This document shows, one piece after another, positions 1 through 9,392 of a stretch of 64,000 nucleotides of DNA. This stretch comes from Candidatus Dormibacteria bacterium (GTDB lineage: Bacteria > Chloroflexota > Dormibacteria > Aeolococcales > Bog-877). Below the pieces are notes generated by a model, which searched no databases, had not been told where the DNA came from, and worked only from the letters and a program-made list of their open reading frames with translations. Made by a program: the position numbers and the translations under genes. The stretch is from positions 84 to 64,083 of the forward strand of contig JBOHUH010000031.1 in NCBI GenBank assembly GCA_050733915.1. Direction: 5' to 3'. Position 1 is the first letter of the stretch; each line of letters opens with the position of its first letter.

Positions 1-595
1 CCTACTTGACCCCACCGGGAGCGGCGCGGCTAAGGGTCCGGTCGCCAGCTGTCGCGGCTCAGGGGGTCGTCTGTCGGAGCAGATTGGTGGGGAGATGCGG
101 GCTGGTCGTGGGCGGCTGATTACCTCACCCCTCTGGCGTCGTCGTGGCCTGGGCCGGCCGTTCCACTGGCACTCGACCGGTGACCCGCTGCGAACCCGGA
201 AGCCAGCGCGGTGACCCACCTAGTGGCGGGCCTCTCGCGAGCGGCGCTTACCCGGCTACGGTCGCGGGATCTGGAGCTGGTCGGGCCGCGATGCGGTGCG
301 GAGCTCCGCTACGAGAGATGGGCGAGCTTTGAGGTCTCTCGGAGAACTCAGCCCGAACTGCCCGCCGCCGGCCGGTGCCGCGCCTGCGAGAGCGGCCGGC
401 GGGTCGCCGACCCTGACGGACCAGACCCCCCAAGGAGCGTGGTGCAAGGGAGACGGTCGACTCCGTGGCCCCTCCTCGGGCCCGGGCGTCGGAGTCGCTG
501 CTGACCGCTCTCGCCGGGTGTTGGTTGGCGCTCCCCGGTGCCGCCCCCGTGCTCGCGCTCGCGTCCACCGCCGAGCACCGGTGACCCGGGTCAGC

Positions 596-1663
596 TCACC
601 ACGGGCCGAAGGTGAGGGTGGCTCCCGCGGTGGTGGACGCGGTCGCGGCTTCTGGGCCGAAGTTGGTGCCGGCGACCGAGAGCTCCCTTTTGGGGCCGCG
701 GTGGGGATCGGTCACCGCCACCGACCAGACCCAGGTGTCGCTTTGAGAAATCAGCAACTGGCTGGGAAAGAAGCCGCTGTGGAGCCAGAATCCCTCACCC
801 TCGGTCTCGGTATTGGACATGGTGAAGGAGAGCACCACCAGCACCGAGCCCGAGCCCTCACGGATCGCATACGCGGGGTAACCGCTGTGGGCGGAGTGGG
901 AGGTGAAGCCCCCCGCTTCCGAGGCGATCGTCTCCGCCCAACTCTCCTCGGTGTCGTACCAGGCTGGGTCTGGAACCAGCGTCGAGGTCGTCCCATCCTG
1001 GAGAGCGGCGTTGGAGGCGGCCAGAACTGCCTGGACCGCGGCTGCCGGGGTGGCGGTGAGTCGCTTGGCCTGGGCTCGAGAGAGGGGCCTGGTGGCGGCG
1101 CTCGACCTCGCCAGGCGCGGTCGGCGGTGGAGCATGACGGTGGTCTGGACCAACCAGTGGGCCCGCGCCGAGGACCGCACGAAGATGATCAGCCAATTGT
1201 TGTTGGTGCGCTTGCCAGCCTCGGTTTGGCGGATCGCGGTCAGGGCCAAGAAGGTTTGCGGGTACGAGCCATCACTCAAGGTCCGGAAGGTGGTCCGGCC
1301 GTAGTGGATCTGGCTCGGCGCGGTCGCGGGAGAGTACTGACTTGCTCCTAGCGCCTCCGCCAGCTGGGGGTTCTCGGTAGTCAGGGTGGAGCCGGGATCC
1401 TCACGCCACTCCCGGAGCAGCTCGCGTTGTGCCTTGAGCGTTGGAAACGACGGTGACCGGGCGCCCGCAGGGACTATGGCGACTGCTCCGACCACCCAAG
1501 CCAAGGCGGTTAGCAGCGCCACCAACCCCAGGGAGCGACTCCATGGCGGCGGGCTCGAGGCGCGACGGGACTGGTGCATTGGCGGTGCCTGAGCGGAGTT
1601 GCCGACTGCGTGGCGGACCTGGGTGCGGTTCGCGAGCCCACCCCCATTGTCGTACGTCGGCAC
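596..1663 (-). CDS. hypothetical membrane-anchored/secreted protein
   Basis: This is a 355-aa ORF. A basic stretch is followed by a hydrophobic segment (LGLVALLTALAWVVGAVAIV) and then a compositionally normal, non-repetitive domain. The true start may be internal. I recognise no family. Confidence 0.5.
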   Translation of the reverse strand: MPTYDNGGGLANRTQVRHAVGNSAQAPPMHQSRRASSPPPWSRSLGLVALLTALAWVVGAVAIVPAGARSPSFPTLKAQRELLREWREDPGSTLTTENPQLAEALGASQYSPATAPSQIHYGRTTFRTLSDGSYPQTFLALTAIRQTEAGKRTNNNWLIIFVRSSARAHWLVQTTVMLHRRPRLARSSAATRPLSRAQAKRLTATPAAAVQAVLAASNAALQDGTTSTLVPDPAWYDTEESWAETIASEAGGFTSHSAHSGYPAYAIREGSGSVLVVLSFTMSNTETEGEGFWLHSGFFPSQLLISQSDTWVWSVAVTDPHRGPKRELSVAGTNFGPEAATASTTAGATLTFGPW

Positions 1664-1728
1664 TGGGCAAAAGGTTTCTCCTCGAGGGTCCTTGCCGTGC
1701 CACCCAGTCCACGCTTGCCCAGCCGAGG

Positions 1729-2556
1729 ATGATGGCCGGGGTGACCCTGATGAACTCCCCCGGGGAGGTGTGCCGACAGTACCGCGATGGTGCCCACCTG
1801 GCGGCCCGCCAGGACCTCTACCGGCGCTTTGGGGTTGCCGTCACCGGCTGGCAGAATTTCGTGTTCGATCTGCTCCGGCTGCCCTCCCGGGCGCGGATCC
1901 TGGAGGTGGGTTGCGGCCGCGGCGACCTCTGGGTGGACAACCGCAGCCGCCTTCCCGGCGGCTGGGAGGTGACCCTCAGCGATCTCTCCCCAGGGATGGT
2001 CCAGGAAACCAGAGAGCGTCTCGGAGCAGGATCTCAATTTCACTTGGTGGTGGCCGAGCTGGGCAGCCTGCCGTTCCGTGCAGCCAGCTTTGACGGGGTG
2101 ATCGCCAACCACATGCTGTATCACCTGGCCGACCTGGATGTGGGGCTCAGCGACCGGCACCGGGTGCTGGCTCGGTCAGGGTTGCTGATCGCCGCCACCA
2201 ACGGCCCCCACCACCTGGGCCAGCTCGACCAACTGGCGGCGCGGCTGGGCCCACCGGTCGGCCCGCGCAGCCATCCCAGGACCGCCTTCGACCTGGTTAC
2301 CGGGCCGGAGCGAATCCGCCCCTGGTTCGGTCAGCTCACCGTTGCCCGCCACCCCGAGGAGATCCGGGTGACCGATCCGGAGCCGCTGATCGCCTACCTG
2401 CGCTCCCTTCCCGGGCCCCGACTGGGCGCGCGGCGCGCGTCGGCGGCCCGCCGCTTCCTCGGCGCCGAGATCGAACGCCGGGGCTTCTGGGGGATAGGCG
2501 TTGACGCCGGGGTGATCCGGGGCCGCCGCCGCGCCAGACCGCTGCGCTCGGCCTAG
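1729..2556 (+). CDS. class I SAM-dependent methyltransferase
   Basis: SAM motif I is ILEVGCGRGD, with downstream FDGVIANHMLYH typical of Methyltransf_11/25-like proteins. The ORF-track start at 1441 overlaps the preceding minus-strand gene. The tandem ATGs at 1729/1732 (MMAGVTLMNSPGE) fit better. Confidence 0.8.
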   Translation: MMAGVTLMNSPGEVCRQYRDGAHLAARQDLYRRFGVAVTGWQNFVFDLLRLPSRARILEVGCGRGDLWVDNRSRLPGGWEVTLSDLSPGMVQETRERLGAGSQFHLVVAELGSLPFRAASFDGVIANHMLYHLADLDVGLSDRHRVLARSGLLIAATNGPHHLGQLDQLAARLGPPVGPRSHPRTAFDLVTGPERIRPWFGQLTVARHPEEIRVTDPEPLIAYLRSLPGPRLGARRASAARRFLGAEIERRGFWGIGVDAGVIRGRRRARPLRSA

Positions 2557-4961
2557 TCGGCCAGCACCAGGTTGACCTGGCGGTCGGGCACCACGAAGAC
2601 CCGCTCCGGGGCGCTCCCATCCAGCCAGTGCTGAATTCGGGGCAGGGCCAGGGCGGCGCGCTCCAGAGCGGCCGGGTCCGATCCCGCCGGCACCAGCAGC
2701 TGGTCCCGCTTCTTGCCGTTGATGCAGACCACCACCACCACCTGTGCCTCGGCCACCAGGGCCGGGTCGGCGACCGGCCAGGGCTGCCGGTGCACTGAGT
2801 AGGGCTGGTCGAGGCGCTCCCAGAGCTCCTCGGCGAGATGGGGGCAGTAGGGCGCGAGAAGCAGACTGAGGGTCTCCAGGGCCACCTTGGGCACCGGCCC
2901 CTGGTGCTCGCGGAGCCGCTTCAGGAAGATCATCATCGCCGCGATCGCGGTGTTGTACTTGCGCTCCGGGGTGTCCTGGGTGACCTGGCGGATGCAGCGG
3001 TGCCGGGCCCGGGCCAGCTCCACCGGCTCGGCGCTTGCGCTGTCGTCCAAGCGCTCCAGCAGGCGCAGCACCTGGCCCAGAAAGCGGTAGGGGCCGTTGA
3101 TCCCGGAGTCGACGAAGTTGAGGGTGTCCCGGTAGGGCCCCATGGAGAGCAGGTAAAGGCGGAAGGCGTCGGCCCCGTAGCGTTCGATGTACTCGTCAGG
3201 AACCACCACGTTGCCGCGGGATTTCGACATCTTGGCTCCGCCCATCACGATGGTCCCGTGGGCCCGCAGCTGCTCAAACGGCTCCTCGAACTCGAGGTGC
3301 CCCAGCTGGTGCAGGGCCATGGTCACGAAGCGGGAGTAGAGCAGGTGCAGCACCGCGTGCTCGTTGCCGGCGTCGTAATAGGTCACCGGGAGCCATTTGC
3401 GGGTGAGCTCTCGGTCGAAGGCGACGTCGTCGCGGTCCGCCGAGGGATAGCGCAGGAAGTACCACGAACTGTCGAGGAAGGTGTCGGAGACGTCGGTGTC
3501 GCGGCGGGCGGGACCATGGCACTTCGGACAGGTCGTGTTGATGAAGTTGGGGTCGCGGGCCAGCGGCGACTCCCCAGTTCCCAGGGGCCGGAAGTCCTCG
3601 ATGTAGGGCAGCAGCACCGGGAGCTCCTCCTCGGGCACCGGAACCGGGCCGCAGCTTGGGCAGTGGACCGCGGGGATCGGCGGGCCCCAGTAGCGCTGCC
3701 GGGAGATCCCCCAGTCGCGCAGCTTGTAGGTGAGGTGGGGCTGGCCCAGACCCGCCTCCGCCAGGGCGGCGGTGATCAGCTCCCGGGCCGGGTCGGGGGC
3801 TTCGATGCCGTCGAACTGGGCGCTGTTGATCAGCTCGCCGGAGCCGCCGTGGGCCCCGCCCCCCCCGCCTCCTGAGACCACCTCGGTGATCTTGAGGTTG
3901 TGGCGCCGCGCGAAGTCGTGGTCGCGCGGGTCGTGGCCGGGGACCGCCATGATCGCCCCGGTCCCGTAGTCGGAGAGGACGTACTCGGCGGTGTAGATGG
4001 GGATCCGGGTCCCGCTCAAGGGGTTGATCGCGTCCCGGCCCAATGGCATTCCCCTGGTCGAGCTCTCCTCGTCGCGCAACCCCGCGATCCGCCGCCGTGT
4101 GGCCGCGGCCGCGAAGGCGATCACCTCGTCACGGCGCTCCGGAGACGCCAGCTCCTGGGTCCGGGGGTGGTCGGGGGCCAGCACCATGAAGGTGGCCCCG
4201 AAGATGGTGTCGGCCCGGGTGGAGAAGACCCGCAGCGGATCCTCCCCCTCGATCGGGAAATCGATCAGGGCCCCCTGACTGCGCCCGATCCAGTGGCGCT
4301 GGAGCAGCTTGGTGCTCTCCGACCAGTCCAGCTCATCGAGGTTCTTTAGGAGGCGCTCGGTGAAGGCGCTGATCCGCAGGAACCACTGCTCCAGCTCGCG
4401 CTCGGTGACCAATGCGCCGCAGCGCTCGCAGCTGCCGTCCGCGAGCACCTGCTCGTCGGCGAGGACGGTAAGGTCCTGGGGGCACCACTTGACGTTGCGC
4501 CGGGCGCGGTAGGCGAAGCCCCCCTTCCAGAGGGTGAGGAAGAGCCACTGGGTCCAGCGGTAGTAGGCGGGATCGGTGGTGTCCACCGTCTTGCTCCAGT
4601 CGAACTGGGCGCCCAGCTGGTGCAGCTGGGCGCCGAAGCGGGCCACGTTGCTGGCGATCAGCTCCCTGGGGTGGCGGCCGACCTTGAGGGCAAAGTTCTC
4701 GCTGTGGATCCCAAAGGCGTCGTAGCCGATCGGCTCAAAGACGTCGTAGCCCTGCATCCGCTGGAAGCGGCCGTGGGTGTCGGCGCCGGAGTAGGCGAAC
4801 ATGTTGCCCACGTGCAGTCCCTCCGCCGAGGGATAGGGAAACATCATGAGGTTGTAGTAGGGGCGGCGGGCGTCAGCCAGGTCGACCCGGTCGATGGCGC
4901 TGGCCTGCCAGCGAGCCTGCCACTTGGCCTCGATGGCATGGTGATCGTAACCGGAGTTCAT
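2553..4961 (-). CDS. leuS: leucine--tRNA ligase
   Basis: The 802-aa protein runs from ATG 4961 (MNSGYDHHAIEAKWQARWQ). It has the class I HIGH-type motif (PYPSAEGLHVGN), a KMSKS motif (GAKMSKSRGN) and the LRDWGISRQRYWGPPIP block. The 55-codon upstream extension in the ORF track is low-complexity. Confidence 0.95.
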   Translation of the reverse strand: MNSGYDHHAIEAKWQARWQASAIDRVDLADARRPYYNLMMFPYPSAEGLHVGNMFAYSGADTHGRFQRMQGYDVFEPIGYDAFGIHSENFALKVGRHPRELIASNVARFGAQLHQLGAQFDWSKTVDTTDPAYYRWTQWLFLTLWKGGFAYRARRNVKWCPQDLTVLADEQVLADGSCERCGALVTERELEQWFLRISAFTERLLKNLDELDWSESTKLLQRHWIGRSQGALIDFPIEGEDPLRVFSTRADTIFGATFMVLAPDHPRTQELASPERRDEVIAFAAAATRRRIAGLRDEESSTRGMPLGRDAINPLSGTRIPIYTAEYVLSDYGTGAIMAVPGHDPRDHDFARRHNLKITEVVSGGGGGGAHGGSGELINSAQFDGIEAPDPARELITAALAEAGLGQPHLTYKLRDWGISRQRYWGPPIPAVHCPSCGPVPVPEEELPVLLPYIEDFRPLGTGESPLARDPNFINTTCPKCHGPARRDTDVSDTFLDSSWYFLRYPSADRDDVAFDRELTRKWLPVTYYDAGNEHAVLHLLYSRFVTMALHQLGHLEFEEPFEQLRAHGTIVMGGAKMSKSRGNVVVPDEYIERYGADAFRLYLLSMGPYRDTLNFVDSGINGPYRFLGQVLRLLERLDDSASAEPVELARARHRCIRQVTQDTPERKYNTAIAAMMIFLKRLREHQGPVPKVALETLSLLLAPYCPHLAEELWERLDQPYSVHRQPWPVADPALVAEAQVVVVVCINGKKRDQLLVPAGSDPAALERAALALPRIQHWLDGSAPERVFVVPDRQVNLVLAD

Positions 4962-5082
4962 GGGTGGCAGTTGATGATACCGAGCCTTCTCGGACCATCT
5001 GGGACGGTCGCCTATACTCCGCCCCGGTCGAGCGCCCTCTTCGGAGGCGCGGGGTGGCGCGGCGCAGAGTTGAGGAGCAGGA

Positions 5083-5736
5083 GTGGCGGAGAGCCGGCTG
5101 AGTGGGGGCACCACGCCGCGCCGCAAGGCGCCCCGGCTACGGGCCGGACGGCGCCTTCGCGAGCGTCACAATTTCGTGGGCTTCCACGGTCACGGCCTGC
5201 TCGCGCTGATCTTCTTCGCGATCCTCGCCCTCTCGGTGCTGGGGGTGGGACTGGGAGTCGCCTCGCTGACCATCTTCGCGGTGGGCGGGGGCAACGGCTC
5301 AGGGAATTCCGGGGTGGTCACCCGGAGCTCGCCGAGTCCCAGCCCCGCGGCGACCGCCGCCCTGGTGGGGCACCCTCTCGATGGCACCATCGTCGGGCTC
5401 TGGGCGGCGGAGAACCTGATCGCCGTCCAGCCCTCGGCCGGGCAGCCGGTGCAGGCCACCATCACCAGCAAGTCGACCATCACCCGAGGTGGGGCCGCCA
5501 GCACCATCGACGATCTGATCCCCGGGGACGCGGTGGTGGTGACCTTCAAAAGGGGTCCCAAGGGCACCCTGGTGGTGGTCAGCCTGACCGACGTCGAAAC
5601 GGTGCCCACCAACACCCCGAGCGGGTCGATCAGCCCTCTGCCCAACGTCACCCCGACCCCCGTCTACACGCCGAACCCGCAGCCGCAGCCGCAGCCGACG
5701 CCCAACCCCTCCAAGGGGCCCATCCCAGCTCCCTAG
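5083..5736 (+). CDS. hypothetical single-pass membrane protein with Pro-rich C-terminus
   Basis: A basic N-terminus is followed by a TM segment (LLALIFFAILALSVLGVGLGVASLTIF), a beta-rich domain and a PNPQPQPQPTPNP tail. G/C third-position codon bias is high. An alternative GTG start exists at 5176. Confidence 0.5.
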   Translation: MAESRLSGGTTPRRKAPRLRAGRRLRERHNFVGFHGHGLLALIFFAILALSVLGVGLGVASLTIFAVGGGNGSGNSGVVTRSSPSPSPAATAALVGHPLDGTIVGLWAAENLIAVQPSAGQPVQATITSKSTITRGGAASTIDDLIPGDAVVVTFKRGPKGTLVVVSLTDVETVPTNTPSGSISPLPNVTPTPVYTPNPQPQPQPTPNPSKGPIPAP

Positions 5737-5743
5737 CGGCGGG

Positions 5744-6436
5744 TCAGCGGGAGAGCTGAGACTCCAGGGGCAGCTCGATCCCCCGCCGGGCCAGAACCTC
5801 GAGCGGCGCCTCCTGGGCGACTCGCGCCACCGCCTCGGCGCCGAGACCGCTGCCCGCCAGCACCTGTTGCGCCCGCTCCGCCGTGAGCAGGCTCTCGGGG
5901 CGGTGGGCGTCCGAGTCCAGCAGCAGCGCCGCGCCCACCTCCCGGGCCACCTGGGCGACGTGGCCATTGGTCAGGCCGTGCAGGCCGGCGGCGCTGATCT
6001 CGAGGTGAATCTGGTTGCGCCCGGCCCGTTCAGCGGCCTCCGTGGTGATCAGGCCGGGGTGACCCAGGATGTCGACGTCAGGGCAGCTGCTGGCGGCAAG
6101 ATTCAGCCCCGGCTGGGGGAAGTCCCCCAGGGTCTCGCCGTGAACCACCACCAGGAGGGCCCCCAGGGAGCGGGCCTGGGCGGCCACCCTGGCTACCCGC
6201 TCGGGAGCCACCCTGGTCACCTCGACCGCGGGGATGGCGACCATGCCCAGCTCAGCGCTGACCCGCAGGCAGGCGGCGACGATCTTGGGCACCGTGGAGC
6301 CTACCGAGCCCTCATCCACGTGGTCGCTGCAGACGTAGGCGGCGTAACCGTTCTGCTGGCAGCGCCGGGCCATCTCCAGGGCGTCGGCGTGGCCGTCCGA
6401 GATGGTGGTGTGGGTATGGAAGTCGAACACCGGCAT
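5744..6436 (-). CDS. PHP-domain phosphoesterase (histidinol-phosphatase-like)
   Basis: The N-terminal FDFHTHTTISDGH motif is followed by DH..., HGE... and DSDAH metal-ligand blocks characteristic of PHP domains. Confidence 0.8.
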   Translation of the reverse strand: MPVFDFHTHTTISDGHADALEMARRCQQNGYAAYVCSDHVDEGSVGSTVPKIVAACLRVSAELGMVAIPAVEVTRVAPERVARVAAQARSLGALLVVVHGETLGDFPQPGLNLAASSCPDVDILGHPGLITTEAAERAGRNQIHLEISAAGLHGLTNGHVAQVAREVGAALLLDSDAHRPESLLTAERAQQVLAGSGLGAEAVARVAQEAPLEVLARRGIELPLESQLSR

Positions 6437-6489
6437 CGGTCCAGCTTAGGGCAAGCCGGGTCGCCCCCGACCCCGGCTGGCGGCCTCGA

Positions 6490-7455
6490 TCAGCCCTGCG
6501 CCGAGGAGCGGGCGGCGGCCGCCGCCAGCCGCAGCAGCACGCCGTCGCGGAGGCCGCGCTCGGTGACCACCAGCTGACTCGCCTGGTAGCGGTCGAGGAG
6601 CCCCTGCAGGATCAGCGACCCCCCAGCCAGCAGCCGGGCCCGCTCCGGGCTCAGCCCGGTCCGCCGCGCCACCTCGGAGCTGGGGTGACGGGCGGTGAGC
6701 CGGACCGCCCGCTCCACGCTCTCGCGGGCCAGGACCAACCAGGGCTCGCGCTCCGGCTCGTCGCGGAGCTCGGCCCCGGCGTCGGCAAATGCCTTCCAGC
6801 GCCCCAGCAGCACCGGCAGGTTGGCGGCGCTGCCCCCGGTGGCGATCAGTACCTGTGCCGCCGGGGCATCGGGGGCCGCCTCCAGGGCCATCGAGATCCG
6901 CAGCGCGGCATCGACCGCCTGCCGCGCGGTCGGCGGGTCGGCGGCCCGGGTCTCCCGGAGGATGCGGTCCGAGCCCAGCTTGAGGCTGGTGCCCCGGGTG
7001 GGCCGGCTGCCTCGTCCCTGGACCACCTCGGTGCTGCCCCCGCCCACGTCGACCAGGGTTGCCGCCTCCCCGGGGGGCACCCTGAACGAGGTCCCGCCGA
7101 GGTAGCTGAGCTGAGCCTCCATCTCTCCGCTAAGGATCCGCAGCCGGAGCCGGGTCAGCTCCCGCACCCGGTCCACCAGGGCGGCGCCGTCCTCCGCCTG
7201 GCGCAGCGCCTCGGTGCCCACCACTCCGATCCGCTCGGCGCCGTCCGCGGCGGCGGCCTGGCGCAGCCGCTGGATCAACTCCGCGGTGCGCTGGCGCAGC
7301 TCGGCGCCGAGGTCCCCGGCCTCCGCCACCCGCCGTCCCAGGCCCAGCATCTCGACCGCGTGGCGGCGCTGGGTGCCGCCCCGCTCGCCGACGCTGGCGA
7401 CCAGGAGGTGGACGGTGTTGGAACCGACGTCAATCGCCGCCAGGCGACCTTTCAG
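6490..7455 (-). CDS. Ppx/GppA family phosphatase (exopolyphosphatase-like), non-canonical start
   Basis: ASKHA-fold motifs AAIDVGSNTVHLLVA and DVGGGSTEVV are present. The first motif lies upstream of the first ATG (7350). No ATG, GTG or TTG occurs between the in-frame stop (7470-7468) and 7350. The start is placed provisionally at CTG 7455, which overlaps the upstream TGA. Confidence 0.75.
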   Translation of the reverse strand: MKGRLAAIDVGSNTVHLLVASVGERGGTQRRHAVEMLGLGRRVAEAGDLGAELRQRTAELIQRLRQAAAADGAERIGVVGTEALRQAEDGAALVDRVRELTRLRLRILSGEMEAQLSYLGGTSFRVPPGEAATLVDVGGGSTEVVQGRGSRPTRGTSLKLGSDRILRETRAADPPTARQAVDAALRISMALEAAPDAPAAQVLIATGGSAANLPVLLGRWKAFADAGAELRDEPEREPWLVLARESVERAVRLTARHPSSEVARRTGLSPERARLLAGGSLILQGLLDRYQASQLVVTERGLRDGVLLRLAAAAARSSAQG

Positions 7456-7787
7456 GGGTCCTCGTCCTCATCCTCGGTGGGCTCCATGCGGACCAGGACG
7501 TTGCCCTGGCCGTCGAGCCGGACGTCGAAGTGCTTTAGAAAGATGGCGTCTGAAATCGGCGAGATCCCGGTGCGGACGTCGTAGGTCTCGCCGTCGAGGG
7601 GGCAGGTGACCACGTGGCCGCGGAGCTCTCCCTCGCCGATCGAGCCGCCGCTGGCGCAGCTGTTCTCCAGGGCGTGAAACACCTCGTCCACGTGGAAGAT
7701 GGCCACCTCGACGCCGTCGGCGTCGATGACCCGCCCCGTGCCCTGGGGGATATCGTCCACTGCGCAGATCGCCACAAAGCCAGCCAC
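7452..7787 (-). CDS. Rieske-fold (NirD-like) small protein lacking the His cluster ligands
   Basis: This 111-aa protein has the Rieske-like pattern ...ENSCAS...(17)...CPLDGETYD. The two His of the CxH/CxxH motifs are replaced by Ser and Asp. The C-terminal tail is acidic (EDEDEDP). Confidence 0.7.
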   Translation of the reverse strand: MAGFVAICAVDDIPQGTGRVIDADGVEVAIFHVDEVFHALENSCASGGSIGEGELRGHVVTCPLDGETYDVRTGISPISDAIFLKHFDVRLDGQGNVLVRMEPTEDEDEDP

Positions 7788-7844
7788 CGCGGCGATTATG
7801 CCGAATGAGTCGGCAGTTGCAGTCCCCGGACGGACGAGTCGCTC

Positions 7845-9035
7845 TCAGCCCAGGGCGTTGAGCGCCTGCCTGATCTCGGCGCCCACCTGGGGGTCGGCCT
7901 CCTCAGGGCGGGCCCTGGTCAGCGCCCGGCTCGCTGCCGTCCCTCCCAGCTCCCCAAGGGCCCAGGCGCAGGCACCCCGAACCACGCCCGAGGGATGGCT
8001 CCCCAGCGCCCGCGCCAGGGCGGAGACGGCGGCTCCGTCCCCGGAGTTGCCGAGCGCGATCGCGGCGTTGCGGGCCAGGCGCTCCCGACCGCTACGCCGG
8101 ATGGTGGTGCCGGCGTAGCGGAGCTGGAAGGCCTCCTCGCTGATGTCCAGCAGCTCGACCAGGTCCGGGAAGGGCACCGGCCCGCGGATGCAGGAGCTGG
8201 GGCCGCTCGGAAGTGGTGCCGGACTCAGACGCGAGTTGATCGGGCAGGCCTCCTGGCAGAGGTCGCAGCCGAAGACCCAGGTTCCCATTGGTCGGCGCAG
8301 GTCGCCGGGAATCGGCCCCTGGTGCTCGATGGTCAGGTAGCTGATGCAGCGTGGCGCGTCTATGACTCCGGGGCGCACCAGGGCTCCAGTGGGGCAGCTG
8401 GGCAGGCAGGCCCGGCAGCTACCGCAGCTGCGCTGCGACCTGCGGTCGGGGTCCAGCTCGAGGCTGAGCACCAGGGAGGCCAGCAGGGCGTAGGAGCCGG
8501 AGGAGCGGGTGATCAGCTGGGTGTGCTTGCCGCAGAAGCCCAACCCCGCCCGCTCGGCGATGGCCCGGTCGAAGGCCCGACCATGGTCCACAAAGCGGTG
8601 CGCTCGGAGCCCGGGGACGCGCTGGCGGAGCGTTGCTAGGAGCCGCCCCAGGGCGTGGTCCAGACGGCGGTGGTAGTCCTCGCCCATGGCAAAGCTGGCG
8701 ATCCGGCCCCGGGGCCTCCCCCGGGGGGCCGGGAGCGCTCCGGGTGGGCCTAGAGGCGGGGAGGCCGGCGGGTAGGGATAGCTGAGTGCCACCAGGCTGC
8801 GACCCCAGGAGAAGCGTCGGCGCAGGTCGGTTGCCTGCTCGACCCGCTCCTCGGTGTACCAGGGCATCCCCGCCAGCCGGCCCTCCTCCAGGGCCCGGTA
8901 GGCCCGGCTGGCCGCCTTGGTGAAGGGGGCGAGGTCGGTCACCCCGACCTCGCTGAACCCCTGGCGACGCGCCTCGATCTCGAGCAGCTGGCGCAGGGGT
9001 AGGAGAGTCGGCGGCGCGATACTGGTGGGCGCCAT
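7845..9035 (-). CDS. queG: tRNA epoxyqueuosine(34) reductase
   Basis: Ferredoxin-type Cys clusters (CGSCRACLPSCPTGAL and CDLCQEACPIN) are present, with a CISYLTIEH block and C-terminal HEAT-like repeats (ALGNSGDG...ALGELGG). The start is set at ATG 9035 (MAPTSIAPP). The upstream 113 codons of the ORF are low-complexity. Confidence 0.85.
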   Translation of the reverse strand: MAPTSIAPPTLLPLRQLLEIEARRQGFSEVGVTDLAPFTKAASRAYRALEEGRLAGMPWYTEERVEQATDLRRRFSWGRSLVALSYPYPPASPPLGPPGALPAPRGRPRGRIASFAMGEDYHRRLDHALGRLLATLRQRVPGLRAHRFVDHGRAFDRAIAERAGLGFCGKHTQLITRSSGSYALLASLVLSLELDPDRRSQRSCGSCRACLPSCPTGALVRPGVIDAPRCISYLTIEHQGPIPGDLRRPMGTWVFGCDLCQEACPINSRLSPAPLPSGPSSCIRGPVPFPDLVELLDISEEAFQLRYAGTTIRRSGRERLARNAAIALGNSGDGAAVSALARALGSHPSGVVRGACAWALGELGGTAASRALTRARPEEADPQVGAEIRQALNALG

Positions 9036-9062
9036 GCCGACATTGTCCAGTCCCGCCGGGCC

Positions 9063-9302
9063 ATGACCGCCGCGATGACCGACTCTGAGCTTACCGCGAG
9101 GCTGCGGGGCCTGATCTCCTCCGGCCCCGCCAGTGACAGCCTGCTGGTCACCCAACCCCGCCCCGGCGAGGTGGTGGTGCAGGCGCATCCCACCTCCAAC
9201 TTTGTGGTGGTGCTCACGCCCCCAGTGCGGCAGGAGCTGGAGTCGGCGCTGCGAAGCTGGATCCCCGACCTGCGGCAGGTGCGCTTCGACCCCCATCACT
9301 GA
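9063..9302 (+). CDS. hypothetical small protein
   Basis: This 79-aa ORF is divergent from queG. It has strong G/C third-position bias and a balanced composition. I recognise no family. Confidence 0.4.
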   Translation: MTAAMTDSELTARLRGLISSGPASDSLLVTQPRPGEVVVQAHPTSNFVVVLTPPVRQELESALRSWIPDLRQVRFDPHH

Positions 9303-9392
9303 GCCGTCCCCGGGCCCGGCCCGGGAAGCGTGCCTGCCATGCGCCACCAATCCTGCCCCACCCGGGCTGGGCACACTGAGGAGGAAACCCGA

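Noticed and set aside
1-595. The left-edge region has several overlapping ORFs, including 211-504 with a CRAC/C-containing segment, and a 7-bp hairpin of CGAGAGA and TCTCTCG near 310-345.
   Set aside because: All the translations are low-complexity (Arg/Gly/Pro-rich) with no recognisable motif or convincing codon bias. The hairpin alone does not define a feature, so I left the region unannotated.
3845-3880. A C/G homopolymer-rich run inside leuS (gccccgccccccccgcctcc) encodes GGGGGG. I considered it as a possible slippery or phase-variable tract.
   Set aside because: The reading frame is continuous through it, and conserved LeuRS blocks lie in the same frame on both sides. It sits in a variable linker, so it is simply a Gly-rich insertion.
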